From positions 8,364 to 72,363 of the forward strand of contig JACRFK010000003.1 of the NCBI GenBank assembly GCA_016217925.1: DNA of 64,000 nucleotides, read 5' to 3'. This document shows positions 18,723 through 28,223 of this stretch, piece by piece. The notes beneath the pieces were generated by a model. The model was not told the origin of the DNA and did not search any database. It was given only the letters and a program-made list of their open reading frames with translations. The position numbers and the translations under genes are program-made. This stretch comes from Candidatus Kaiserbacteria bacterium. Lineage in GTDB: Bacteria; Patescibacteriota; Minisyncoccia; Phycocordibacterales; UBA2100. How positions within the stretch are numbered: position 1 is the first letter of the stretch; every line of letters begins with the position of its first letter.

Positions 18723-19469
18723 CCAAGAGGCGTCACCTCTTGGATTTGAACTCACGATTGAGTTCGGCGTAGTAGTCACGCATTTCAGCAAGCACTACGG
18801 AAAATCGAGGAAGACGGTCGATCAAGACGCTTCGTGCCGATTCATCCAGGATGCTTCGCTCTATACGCGCGACATCACTTGCGTAGTCCGGGAAACTGGA
18901 AAAAGGGTACCGCTCGAGTTTTCGCTGAAGCGCAACAAGATTGGACACCTTGCCGCGCTTCCATGAATGCTCGAATATTTCTGCGGCATTAAGATGAATA
19001 TATTGAGCAACCCGGTATAAGTATGTGTCGGTTGATACGTGCTTTGAACGAAACGGCCTCACGAAGACATTGCCGACTCGGTCATGTTTTTCGTTAAAAT
19101 ACATACTGTATCCAGTGCCGACTTTCTGCATGAATCTCGATATGCCATCATCCTCAATCTCCTGGATCAAAAGATGGTAGTGATTCCTCATCAAACTGTA
19201 TGCGCCAATCGCGACGATGGGATGCGTCCGGGGGATGCGAAGGATATCTTCGTGCTTTCGATGATAAAAGTTCTCACGGCGAATAGGTTCGCTATCATTG
19301 GCCAGATAAAGTAGCTCGGTGAATCGCTGCGCATCGAGTTCATCCATAAAGACTATACGCTTGTCTATCCCACGAGAGTAGCAGTGATACCACTCACCGG
19401 GCGCGAACGGCACTCGCCTATATCCCATCGGTCTAGGGTATCATAAATCCAAGAGGTGACGCCTCTTGG
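18723..19469 (-). mobile_element. IS200/RAYT-like element bounded by 21-bp hairpin inverted repeats
   Basis: Left end CCAAGAGG-CGTCA-CCTCTTGG (18723-18743) and right end CCAAGAGG-TGACG-CCTCTTGG (19449-19469) are exact reverse complements of each other, and each is itself a hairpin. They bracket only the transposase gene. Confidence 0.6.
18733..19428 (-). CDS. IS200-like / REP-associated HuH tyrosine transposase (RAYT-like)
   Basis: ...EWYHCYSRGIDKRIVF...D..D...F..., ...AYSLMRNHYHLLIQE... (HuH motif), later Tyr-containing helix (YRVAQYIHLN); 231 aa. Confidence 0.75.
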   Translation of the reverse strand: MGYRRVPFAPGEWYHCYSRGIDKRIVFMDELDAQRFTELLYLANDSEPIRRENFYHRKHEDILRIPRTHPIVAIGAYSLMRNHYHLLIQEIEDDGISRFMQKVGTGYSMYFNEKHDRVGNVFVRPFRSKHVSTDTYLYRVAQYIHLNAAEIFEHSWKRGKVSNLVALQRKLERYPFSSFPDYASDVARIERSILDESARSVLIDRLPRFSVVLAEMRDYYAELNREFKSKR

Positions 19470-19486
19470 ATTGTGACAAATCCACC

Positions 19487-19957
19487 TTACTGCTTCGGTT
19501 GCTGGAGTTTTGAGATGTCGTTCATCAGCTTGCGGAGGTCGCTCTGAATGTCCACGAGCGTTTTCTTTTGTTCCGCCTTGCGCACCTCGTCCTCCGATTC
19601 GTCTTCGGTAATCTCTTCCACGTCTTCCGAAATGTCCTCCACGTCCTCTTGGAGTTCATCCACATCCTCAGCGATCTCACCGATGTCTTCCTGCATCTCT
19701 TCGATGTCCTCGCTCACCTCGGCCAATTCCTGCGTGGTGAAGTTGATTGTCATTTGTATAAAAATCGCGAGGTATATCGCTTCGAGTGAAACTATCGTCG
19801 TAAGGATGAGAAGCATGCGGTCGAAGTGCAGCCATCCCGTGAAGACCGCAAAGAAACTTCCCGCGAAAAGGACAGTGTGGACGATGATGGATGCGGGCGA
19901 GCCGACCCACCTCGTGACGGTGAGCGCGGTCTTTTGTATCTGGTCGTGCGGTTTCAT
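19487..19957 (-). CDS. DUF1003-like membrane protein with acidic heptad-repeat C-terminal region
   Basis: Start taken at MKPHDQIQK...; ...VGSPASIIVHTVLFAGSFFAVFTGW... TM core, then SEDIEEM/QEDIGEI/AEDVDEL/QEDVEDI/SEDVEEI repeats. Confidence 0.6.
   Translation of the reverse strand: MKPHDQIQKTALTVTRWVGSPASIIVHTVLFAGSFFAVFTGWLHFDRMLLILTTIVSLEAIYLAIFIQMTINFTTQELAEVSEDIEEMQEDIGEIAEDVDELQEDVEDISEDVEEITEDESEDEVRKAEQKKTLVDIQSDLRKLMNDISKLQQPKQ
19586..19718. repeat. 21-bp (7-codon) tandem repeat, ~6 units, inside the DUF1003-like gene
   Basis: Seen directly in the DNA: ...gtcttccgaaatgtcctccac / gtcctcttggagttcatccac / atcctcagcgatctcaccgat / gtcttcctgcatctcttcgat... Confidence 0.5.
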
Positions 19958-19995
19958 GGCGGGAGTATAGCATTGCAAGTTGGTATACTGTCGAG

Positions 19996-20640
19996 ATGTC
20001 AACACGCCTGGTGGGGAATACGCATTTGGTAGCCGGAAATGCGGAAATAATACCGCAGGTGTTGGCGGTCCTTGAACGGGAAGGAGTGAGGACACAGGGG
20101 AACCCTGACATCTATATCCGTGAGTATTCCAGATTCGGCATCGACGAGGCGCGCGAGCTTCGTGAGCGCGCCAATTCGAGGGCCATTGCGGGCGGCAGCC
20201 GCACATTCATCATTGCGACGCCGGGTATGACGAACGAAGCACAGAACGCGCTTTTGAAAACGCTTGAAGAGCCACCCGCGGATGCATCGTTCTTCTTTAT
20301 TGTCCCGTCGCCCGAAATGCTGCTGCAAACACTTCGCAGTCGTGCACAGATGCTTGAACTCCAACACGCAGAGAGCGTACATACGCTGAGTGCAAAAGAT
20401 TTTCTTGCCGCTGCACCGCAGAAGCGTCTCGATATGTTGAAGCCGCTTTTGGAAAAAGACGAAGACGACAAACGCGACATCAGCAGCATCATCGGCTTCT
20501 TATCGTCTCTGGAGAGGCTACTCAAAAAGAAGCCCGAAGGGCTTCATGCAATATACCGAGCGCGTAAATATATTGGTGACAAAGGCGCCCTCATCAAGCC
20601 ACTTCTCGAACAAGTGGCATTACTTGTTCCGAAGGTTTGA
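19996..20640 (+). CDS. holB: DNA polymerase III delta-prime-like subunit (minimal form without a Walker A P-loop)
   Basis: ...NALLKTLEEPP... hallmark and ...RSRAQ... sensor region; only 214 aa. Confidence 0.65.
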   Translation: MSTRLVGNTHLVAGNAEIIPQVLAVLEREGVRTQGNPDIYIREYSRFGIDEARELRERANSRAIAGGSRTFIIATPGMTNEAQNALLKTLEEPPADASFFFIVPSPEMLLQTLRSRAQMLELQHAESVHTLSAKDFLAAAPQKRLDMLKPLLEKDEDDKRDISSIIGFLSSLERLLKKKPEGLHAIYRARKYIGDKGALIKPLLEQVALLVPKV

Positions 20641-20652
20641 TATACTACACTG

Positions 20653-21207
20653 ATGGCAAACTACGATTTCAAAACGTTTGAAGGGAAAGCCGCAGCCGCA
20701 CGTGAGTGGCTGGGGAGAGAATATGGCGGCTTGCGCACCGGCCGCGCGGCACCCGCGATCCTGGACGGCATCATGGTCTCGGCATACGGTTCGATGACAC
20801 CGCTCAAACAAGTAGGTAATGTCGGTGTAGAGGACGCTCGCACACTGCGAGTCTCTGCGTACGATGCGGGACTCATCAAAGACATTGAGCGCGCCATTAC
20901 CGCCGCCAATCTCGGCGTCGGCACGACTTCCGACGGCGCGAACATCCGCGTCACATTTCCGGAACTCACATCAGAGCGCAGAGAGCAGCTCGTGAAGCTC
21001 GCCAAAGCGAAGCTTGAAGAAGCGCGTACGACCGTGCGCGTCGCACGCGATGAGGTGTGGAAGGAGATACAAGAGCGGGAAAAAGAAGGGACACTCACCG
21101 AAGACGACAAATTCGCCCTCAAAGAAGAATTGCAGAAGAAGGTGGACGCGGCGAACAAAGACTTGGAAGCCGCATTTGAGAAAAAAGAGGTGGAGATGGG
21201 TGCATGA
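20653..21207 (+). CDS. frr: Ribosome recycling factor
   Basis: 184 aa; ...REYGGLRTGRAAPAILDGIMV... typical of Frr. Confidence 0.9.
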   Translation: MANYDFKTFEGKAAAAREWLGREYGGLRTGRAAPAILDGIMVSAYGSMTPLKQVGNVGVEDARTLRVSAYDAGLIKDIERAITAANLGVGTTSDGANIRVTFPELTSERREQLVKLAKAKLEEARTTVRVARDEVWKEIQEREKEGTLTEDDKFALKEELQKKVDAANKDLEAAFEKKEVEMGA

Positions 21208-21330
21208 GACACGCGGCATTCTCGAAAAACGGGTCGCGCCTGCTGGCACGCCCATGCGGCTCGGCCTCATCGGCCTGCGCAGCTTTTCTCAAACACCGCG
21301 TGCCTCATGCTGGGGTAGAATGGTGAAAAT

Positions 21331-22422
21331 ATGATTACCGCCCTTCTCGTCATCGGCATCCTCGTTCTTCTCATCGTAGCCCACGAGCTCGGGCACTTTT
21401 TTGCCGCAAAGATTTTTGGCGTGCGCGTAGAGGAATTCGGCGTCGGCTATCCGCCGCGCGCTTTTCGGTTCGGGAAAATAGGGGATACGGAATACACCTT
21501 GAATTGGATACCCTTTGGCGGTTTCGTTCGTCTCTTTGGCGACGAAGGGGAAGCGCAACATGGCCGCGGAAGCTTCGTGGACGCGCCAAGGTGGAAACAA
21601 GCATGTGTTCTTGTCGCGGGGGTTACTGCAAACGTGCTTGTCGCCTGGGTACTCTTCGCTTTCGCGTTGCATCTCGGAGTACCAAAACCGGTAGAGACAG
21701 CACGCCCGGGTCAGTCCGTACAGCTTATCGCAGCGGATGTGGTGCCTGGTTCACCGGCCGACGCGGCCGGGATAAAACCCGGGGATGAAATAACCGGAAT
21801 GAGCGATGCTACAGGCGCTATGGTCAGGGACCTCACAGCACAAAATGTCGTCAGTTTCGTGCGGGCACGGCCCGGCAAACCAGTCGATATTTCATACGTG
21901 CATGCCGGTAAGAAGTCCACCGCGACAATAACACCGGCCAACGCCGTACTCCCGAAGGCCGCGAGCCAGCCCGCGCTCGGCATAGCGCTTGTACTCATCG
22001 CGATAGAGCCGGAACCATGGGATAGGGCTGTGGTGGATGCGTCCCGTCAAACGCTCGGCGCGTTCAAGATGGTAGGGCGCGACCTGTGGACTCTCGCGGA
22101 GGGCGCGATTCGCGGGAACCCCGACATTTCAGGGGTAGTCGGACCCGTTGGTATTGTGGGGTATGTAGGTGAGGCATCGCAGAATGGTCTGGGCGCGGTA
22201 CTCATGTTCGCCGCGCTCATCTCCATCAATCTCGCCATCATCAATCTCATACCGATACCAGCCCTCGACGGCGGCAGGCTCTTGGTACTCGGCATCGAGA
22301 CACTCATGCGCCGCGACGCTCCAAGGCTCGCGGTACAGGTATTGAATGCGCTCGGCGTTGCTCTCATCGTGCTACTTATGGTGGTCGTCACGTACAACGA
22401 CGTCGCACGTTTGTTGGCTTAA
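21331..22422 (+). CDS. rseP: RIP metalloprotease RseP (site-2 protease)
   Basis: HELGHFFAAK zinc motif in TM1, a central PDZ-like segment, and C-terminal ...LNLIPIPALDGG... motif. Confidence 0.85.
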   Translation: MITALLVIGILVLLIVAHELGHFFAAKIFGVRVEEFGVGYPPRAFRFGKIGDTEYTLNWIPFGGFVRLFGDEGEAQHGRGSFVDAPRWKQACVLVAGVTANVLVAWVLFAFALHLGVPKPVETARPGQSVQLIAADVVPGSPADAAGIKPGDEITGMSDATGAMVRDLTAQNVVSFVRARPGKPVDISYVHAGKKSTATITPANAVLPKAASQPALGIALVLIAIEPEPWDRAVVDASRQTLGAFKMVGRDLWTLAEGAIRGNPDISGVVGPVGIVGYVGEASQNGLGAVLMFAALISINLAIINLIPIPALDGGRLLVLGIETLMRRDAPRLAVQVLNALGVALIVLLMVVVTYNDVARLLA

Positions 22423-22492
22423 AACCCGCCCGGGACGGGATACCGCCGCGATTCTTTGCAAAGGGCTGTTTCATCGGTACAATGCGCGGACT

Positions 22493-23746
22493 ATGCGGCA
22501 GTCACAGCTCTTCACGAAGACCCGCAAACTCGCGCCGAAAGATGAGGTCGCGAAGAATGCTCAGCTCCTCATCCGAGCCGGCTTCATTCACAAAGAGATG
22601 GCGGGCGCATATTCATATTTGCCGCTCGGTCTTCGCGTCCTCACGAACATCGAAAATATAATCCGCGAAGAAATGAATGCGATAGGCGGGCAGGAGATAA
22701 CGATGACCGCGCTCCAATCGCCCGCACTCTGGAAAAAATCCGACCGGTGGCGCGATGATGCCATTGATGTGTGGTTCAAGACGGAATTAAAAAGCGGGGG
22801 AGAGCTCGGGCTCGCGACGACGCATGAAGAGCCCTTGACCGCGCTCATGGCGGAATATATTTCTTCATACAAAGATCTGCCGAAGTACGTCTACCAATTC
22901 CAGACCAAATTCCGCAACGAGCTCCGCGCAAAAAGCGGCATCATGCGTACGCGCGAATTCGTGATGAAGGACCTCTACTCGTTCAGCAGAAGCGAGGAAG
23001 AATTCCGCACGTTCTACGAGCAGTGCGCGGCGGCGTACGTGAAGATATTTAAACGTGTCGGCATAGGGCAGATGACGTTCCGCACCTTCGCCTCCGGCGG
23101 CTCATTCTCGAAGTACAGTGATGAATTCCAGACTCTCTGTGATGCGGGGGAGGACACTGTCCACTTGCACCGTGGAAAGGGTATCGCGGTCAACAAAGAG
23201 GTATACACGGATGAAGTGCTTGCGGACCTCGGTATCAAGAAAGAAGAGCTCGAAGAGGTGAAGGCCATCGAGGTCGGAAACATCTTTCCTCTCGGGACGC
23301 GTTTTTCTGATGCGCTCGGCCTCACGTTCAAAGACGACAAAGGGACCGAGCAGCCCGTCGTCATGGGCTCATATGGTATCGGCCCGGGGCGCTTGATGGG
23401 AACCATCGTCGAGGTACTCTCTGATGAAAAAGGAATTGTGTGGCCAAAGGAAATCTCTCCATTCCCGGTACACCTCATCTCGGTTTCGAGCGGTAATGCG
23501 GACGTCGTTGGGGAGGCCGACCGCATCTACGAGCTTCTCAAGGAGAACGGTATCGAGGCGCTCTATGACGACCGTGATATCCGCGCAGGTGAGAAATTTG
23601 CGGACGCAGACCTGATCGGCATACCGACGCGCCTCGTCGTTTCCGAAAAGACGATGACGGAAGGTGGAGTTGAAGTAAGTGGTCGGCAGAACGGCGCAAC
23701 CGCGATCGTGTCAGAGAACGAGGTGATCGAGCGCATCCGCAATTAA
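22493..23746 (+). CDS. proS: Proline--tRNA ligase
   Basis: Class II aaRS motifs (...FRNELRAKSGIMRTREFVMKDLYSF...); start taken at MRQSQLFTKT..., downstream of an in-frame N-terminal extension of the ORF. Confidence 0.85.
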   Translation: MRQSQLFTKTRKLAPKDEVAKNAQLLIRAGFIHKEMAGAYSYLPLGLRVLTNIENIIREEMNAIGGQEITMTALQSPALWKKSDRWRDDAIDVWFKTELKSGGELGLATTHEEPLTALMAEYISSYKDLPKYVYQFQTKFRNELRAKSGIMRTREFVMKDLYSFSRSEEEFRTFYEQCAAAYVKIFKRVGIGQMTFRTFASGGSFSKYSDEFQTLCDAGEDTVHLHRGKGIAVNKEVYTDEVLADLGIKKEELEEVKAIEVGNIFPLGTRFSDALGLTFKDDKGTEQPVVMGSYGIGPGRLMGTIVEVLSDEKGIVWPKEISPFPVHLISVSSGNADVVGEADRIYELLKENGIEALYDDRDIRAGEKFADADLIGIPTRLVVSEKTMTEGGVEVSGRQNGATAIVSENEVIERIRN

Positions 23747-23753
23747 CCGGCAT

Positions 23754-24833
23754 ATGGGATTCATGGAAGCAATGCGCCGCTACAAAGACCGCATACTCGG
23801 TTTGTTCTCGAATGATATCGGCATCGACCTCGGCACTGCCAATACGCTTGTCTATGTAAAAGGCCGTGGCATCGTCATCAACGAACCGTCTATCGTCGCA
23901 ATGAACACAAAGACGGGGCAGGTAGTTGCCGTCGGCGCGCAGGCCAAGGAAATGCTCGGCCGCACTCCTCCGCACATCCAGGCTGTACAGCCGGTCGTAG
24001 ACGGCGTCATTTCCGACTTCGAGGTAACCTCTGAAATGCTTGCGTATCTCATAGGAAAAGCACAGGCCGGACACACAAAGCTTTTGGGGCCGCGCGTCGT
24101 CATCGGCGTTCCTTCGGGGATAACTTCAGTAGAGGTACGTGCCGTGCGCGACGCAGCGCGCGCCGCGGGTGCCCGCGAGGTACATATAATCGAAGAGCCG
24201 ATGGCAGCAGCGATAGGCATCGAATTGCCGGTCCACGAGCCGCGCGGCAACATGATAGTTGATATCGGCGGGGGTACCACGGACATTGGAGTCATTGCGC
24301 TCGGCGGGCTCGTGAATGCAAGTAATGTACGCATCGCGGGGGACAAATTCAATGCGGATATCGTGGGGCATGTGCGCAACGAATTCAAGATGCTCATCGG
24401 GGACAAAAGCGCCGAGGAGACCAAGATTGCCATCGCATCGATCGCGCCCGGCAGAATGCCGCTTGAAGCGCTCGTGCGCGGGCGCGACCTCGTGACGGGC
24501 TTGCCGCGCGAGATGCATGTCACGGATCAGGATATTCGCAATGCGATCGGGCACTCTCTAGAAGAGCTTATTGAATCGATAAAAGGGGTGTTGGAGACAA
24601 CGCAGCCTGAGATAATTTCCGATGTCATGCAACGGGGGATATACCTTGCCGGAGGCGGCGCTTTGATACGCGGTCTGCCGGAATTCCTCACCAACGCGCT
24701 TGGCGTCGCTGTCATCGTAGCGCCTGACCCCTTGACCGCAGTCGTTCGAGGGACCTCCGTTGTCTTGAATGATCTGGACGCCTATCGTGAGGCGCTTCTC
24801 AAGAGTGATGATGAACTCGTACCGACAGAATAA
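23754..24833 (+). CDS. mreB: Rod shape-determining protein MreB
   Basis: ...IGIDLGTANTLVYVKGRGIVINEPSIVA..., ...IVDIGGGTTDIGVIALGG...; followed by mreC and mreD. Confidence 0.9.
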   Translation: MGFMEAMRRYKDRILGLFSNDIGIDLGTANTLVYVKGRGIVINEPSIVAMNTKTGQVVAVGAQAKEMLGRTPPHIQAVQPVVDGVISDFEVTSEMLAYLIGKAQAGHTKLLGPRVVIGVPSGITSVEVRAVRDAARAAGAREVHIIEEPMAAAIGIELPVHEPRGNMIVDIGGGTTDIGVIALGGLVNASNVRIAGDKFNADIVGHVRNEFKMLIGDKSAEETKIAIASIAPGRMPLEALVRGRDLVTGLPREMHVTDQDIRNAIGHSLEELIESIKGVLETTQPEIISDVMQRGIYLAGGGALIRGLPEFLTNALGVAVIVAPDPLTAVVRGTSVVLNDLDAYREALLKSDDELVPTE

Positions 24834-25602
24834 GGGCCGCAATGGGCGGGTTCTCGCCGCGACAGCACTCGTCCTTTTGTTATTCATTCTGGATGTCTTC
24901 ACCGGAGGATCGATCCGTCACAAACTGCGCGGCGGAGCCGTTGTAGTATCGCAGTGGTCGGGACGTGCCCTCACGAGCATTCGCAGCAGCGGTATACTCT
25001 CTACTCGAGCTTCGCTCGAAGCGCAAAATCGCTCTCTTGCCGAAGAGCTTGCACAATTCGAAGAACGCGCCGGCGGTTACGAGGCCCTGCGTGCAGAGAA
25101 CGAGCAGCTCCGTGCACTCGTGCGTCTTGTGGGCGTCTCTTTGCTCTCTGCACAAGGTGTGACGGCACCGGTTGTATCGTCGGTGCGGACGTCGCCATAT
25201 GGCACCTTCTTGATTGGGGCAGGTGCCGAGGATGGTATCGCACGCGGCAGTCTGGTACTTACGGGTGGCGGATTCGTCGTTGGGAAAGTCACCGATACGG
25301 GAGATCATACTGCTGTCGTTGCGGAAATATTTGCGCCGGGCGCATCGATAGACGCGGTAATAGGCAGCGCCGCCATCTCCGCTCAGGGCTCAGGCGGTGG
25401 CAATGCGCGCGCCAAGGTACCGCGAGCGCTCACGATACACATAAACCAGCCGGTCACCGCACCGGAATTAGGAGCTCGACCAATTGGGATTGTCGGGAGT
25501 ATCGCCTCAAGCTCCGCGAGCGCGTTCCAGGATGTTTTCATCATGCTTCCGGTAAATCTTCACTCACTTACGTATGTCTATATTTTACCCATCAGCGACT
25601 AG
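24808..25602 (+). CDS. mreC: Rod shape-determining protein MreC
   Basis: N-terminal TM, coiled coil (...LEAQNRSLAEELAQFEERAGGYEALRAENEQLRAL...) and C-terminal beta domain; synteny with mreB. The start codon is uncertain. Confidence 0.7.
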   Translation: MMNSYRQNKGRNGRVLAATALVLLLFILDVFTGGSIRHKLRGGAVVVSQWSGRALTSIRSSGILSTRASLEAQNRSLAEELAQFEERAGGYEALRAENEQLRALVRLVGVSLLSAQGVTAPVVSSVRTSPYGTFLIGAGAEDGIARGSLVLTGGGFVVGKVTDTGDHTAVVAEIFAPGASIDAVIGSAAISAQGSGGGNARAKVPRALTIHINQPVTAPELGARPIGIVGSIASSSASAFQDVFIMLPVNLHSLTYVYILPISD

Positions 25603-25846
25603 CATACGTGTCATCTTGGCCCTTATAGGATTTTTGGGTATTTTTTTCGCGCCCTGGTGGGTGCCTCTCATATGCATCATCGCTCTCTCACTACGCTATC
25701 CAGCATGGGAAGTCCCAATTATCGGGCTCCTCATGGATCTCTTGTGGCTTCCGGGCGAAGGATTCCAGATACCCCTGTTCCTTATCGGTAGCATCGCGCT
25801 CGTGTGGGTATGTGCGCCACTTCGCAGTCAATTTCTCCGCCCGTGA
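25574..25846 (+). CDS. mreD: Probable rod shape-determining protein MreD (small polytopic membrane protein)
   Basis: 90-aa hydrophobic ORF immediately after mreC; assigned mainly by synteny. Confidence 0.45.
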   Translation: MSIFYPSATSIRVILALIGFLGIFFAPWWVPLICIIALSLRYPAWEVPIIGLLMDLLWLPGEGFQIPLFLIGSIALVWVCAPLRSQFLRP

Positions 25847-25868
25847 GAGTCTGGGGTATAGTAGGTAA

Positions 25869-27590
25869 ATGACATTCTTCCGGCGCAAAAGAACGTATAA
25901 CGAAATCGCCCCCGACGAGATATTTCTCGATTCCTCGAATTTGCCGGGACACAACGCGGTGCAATTTGAAGGCCGCGTTGTTGCCGCACTCTCCAATCGT
26001 CCGATTCTTGCCGTCGGACTTGTCTTCATTCTTATCGGCCTCGTTTTCACCGTTCGCGCTTTCAGTCTCGGGGTAGTCGACGGAACTTCGTACGCCGATA
26101 TTTCTCGGAACAACACACTCGATCGCACCATCGTCTTTGCGACGCGTGGGCTCATCCTGGATAGGAAAGGGGAAGAGCTCGCGTGGAACGAAGTCCCGAG
26201 CGGGGACGATGCGAGCCCCGCCATGGGCGGGGCGAGTACCACCCCTTATGCGTACCGAAAATACACGGCCCGCCCCGGCCTCTCGCACACTCTTGGATTT
26301 CTCCAATATCCAAAAGCGGACTCCAAGGGCAACTGGTGGCGCGAAGACTTTGTCGGTATGTCCGGCGCGGAACGCGCATTCAATGAGACGCTGAGGGGCA
26401 CCAATGGGAGTTCGATGGTAGAGACCGACGCGCGAATGCGTGTGCAGCGGGAAAACATCGTTGATCCTCCACGGCACGGCACTGATCTCCGTCTATCAAT
26501 AGATGCAGATGTAGAAAGCGAGCTGTATAAAATACTTTCGGCGAGAGCGAAAGCACAGCAGTACCAAGGAGGTGCAGCCGTCATCATGGATGTGCGCACG
26601 GGCGAATTGCTCGCGATAACAAGCTTTCCGGAATACGACAATCGCGCGTTCAATGAGGGGAGAGGGCCTGCAGTGCGTGCAACGCTCGCCGATCCGCTCA
26701 CGCCGATGCTAGACCGCGCGATAGGCGGGCAGTACGCGCCCGGCTCCATCATGAAGCTGATATTCGCGGCCGCGGCTCTCAACGAAGGGCTTATCTCTCC
26801 GAAAAAGAAGATACTTTCGAAAGGTGCCCTCGTGCTTCCGAATCCGTACGACCCCGAGCACCCGTCTATCTTCAAGGATTGGACAGAGCACGGCTGGATC
26901 GACATGCGTGAGGCAATTGCCGTATCATCGGATGAATATTTCTACACTATCGGCGGAGGATACGGCGACCAAAAAGGTCTCGGTATAACGAAGCTCGACG
27001 AGTACGCCCGCATATTCGGCATCGGCTCGACGACCGGATTTTCGCTGCCCGGAGAGGCCGCGGGGGTCATTCCCACCCCCGCCTGGAAGGCGAAGGCATT
27101 TCCGAACGACCCAACGTGGCGCACCGGAAACACGTACCACACGTCCATCGGCCAATATGGATTTCAGATCACACCCATCCAGGCGGTACGCTTTGTCGCG
27201 GCCATCGCAAATGGCGGCCACCTTCTCACCCCGCAGCTCATCGCGAGTTCAACACCGGAATCGACTCCTATTGGTATTCCCGACGAATATTTACAGATCG
27301 TACGTGAAGGGATGCGTCTCGCCGTTACATCGACGCGACGCGACGCGACGCTGAACATGTATCAGATCCCCGGCATAGAGATCGCCGGAAAGTCCGGTAC
27401 GGCACAGATCGGCGCGCGTAATGAATGGATAAATTCATGGAATGTCGGATTCTGGCCGGTCAACGACCCGCATTACGCATTTGCGGTCGTGTTCGAGCGC
27501 GCGCCCGCGGCCACGTCTGCCGGAGCCGGACACGGAGTCGTCCCATTCTTACAATGGCTGGTGGCCACGCATCCTGAATACCTTCAGTAA
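25869..27590 (+). CDS. mrdA: Penicillin-binding protein 2 (elongasome transpeptidase)
   Basis: SIMK (SxxK), SSD (SxN-like) and KSGTA (KTG) motifs; N-terminal TM; follows mreBCD. Confidence 0.85.
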   Translation: MTFFRRKRTYNEIAPDEIFLDSSNLPGHNAVQFEGRVVAALSNRPILAVGLVFILIGLVFTVRAFSLGVVDGTSYADISRNNTLDRTIVFATRGLILDRKGEELAWNEVPSGDDASPAMGGASTTPYAYRKYTARPGLSHTLGFLQYPKADSKGNWWREDFVGMSGAERAFNETLRGTNGSSMVETDARMRVQRENIVDPPRHGTDLRLSIDADVESELYKILSARAKAQQYQGGAAVIMDVRTGELLAITSFPEYDNRAFNEGRGPAVRATLADPLTPMLDRAIGGQYAPGSIMKLIFAAAALNEGLISPKKKILSKGALVLPNPYDPEHPSIFKDWTEHGWIDMREAIAVSSDEYFYTIGGGYGDQKGLGITKLDEYARIFGIGSTTGFSLPGEAAGVIPTPAWKAKAFPNDPTWRTGNTYHTSIGQYGFQITPIQAVRFVAAIANGGHLLTPQLIASSTPESTPIGIPDEYLQIVREGMRLAVTSTRRDATLNMYQIPGIEIAGKSGTAQIGARNEWINSWNVGFWPVNDPHYAFAVVFERAPAATSAGAGHGVVPFLQWLVATHPEYLQ

Positions 27591-27724
27591 GTATGGCGTA
27601 TAGGGTATGGAGTATGGAGGAAAAAAAGAATTCAGCATTCCCGCCATACACGGTACTCTATACTCTATACATTCTCGGCTTGCTACTGCAAGCCGAAACT
27701 GTATAATACGGCGCGCACAAATAT

Positions 27725-28192
27725 ATGAACGATGACACTAATTACCTGAGCAAGGAGAAATTTGACGAGCTCACCACAGAGCTCGAACACATGAAGACGG
27801 TCCGCCGTCGCGAGATAGCCGAACAGCTCGAATACGCACGCTCTCTGGGGGACCTCTCTGAAAATGCAGAATACGAAGAGGCGCGCAATTTGCAGGCAGC
27901 GACCGAAGATCGAATCCGCGTTATTGAAGAACAATTAAGCCACGCCCGCATCATCGAACACCCAAAGGGGAACGCGGTCTCGCTCGGGAGCGTCGTCACG
28001 ATACAAAAGCAGGGGGAGAAGGAAGAGCACACATACGAAATAGTCGGTTCCGCGGAGGCGAATATGCAGGAACACAAAATATCGCACCTCTCGCCGCTCG
28101 GCTCGGCGCTGATGGACAAGAAACGCGGCGAACTTTTCTCTTTCGATACTCCCAAAGGTGCTCAGAAGTACAAGATAACGAATATCAAGTAA
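27725..28192 (+). CDS. greA: Transcription elongation factor GreA
   Basis: ...LSKEKFDELTTELEHMKTVRRREIAEQLEYARSLGDLSENAEYEEAR... is the classic GreA N-terminal coiled coil. Confidence 0.9.
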   Translation: MNDDTNYLSKEKFDELTTELEHMKTVRRREIAEQLEYARSLGDLSENAEYEEARNLQAATEDRIRVIEEQLSHARIIEHPKGNAVSLGSVVTIQKQGEKEEHTYEIVGSAEANMQEHKISHLSPLGSALMDKKRGELFSFDTPKGAQKYKITNIK

Positions 28193-28223
28193 CCTCCCGC
28201 TCGTCGGGTCAGTTTATCCCCTT

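Noticed and set aside
18562-18966. 134-aa + strand ORF
   Set aside because: It overlaps the better-supported RAYT-like transposase gene on the minus strand and shows no motif.
27591-27724. Degenerate GTATGG(A/C)G tandem repeats and a CGGCTTGC-TACT-GCAAGCCG hairpin before greA as a possible small RNA
   Set aside because: Too short and degenerate to call. More simply the PBP2 transcript end plus the greA promoter (TATAAT at 27698-27703).
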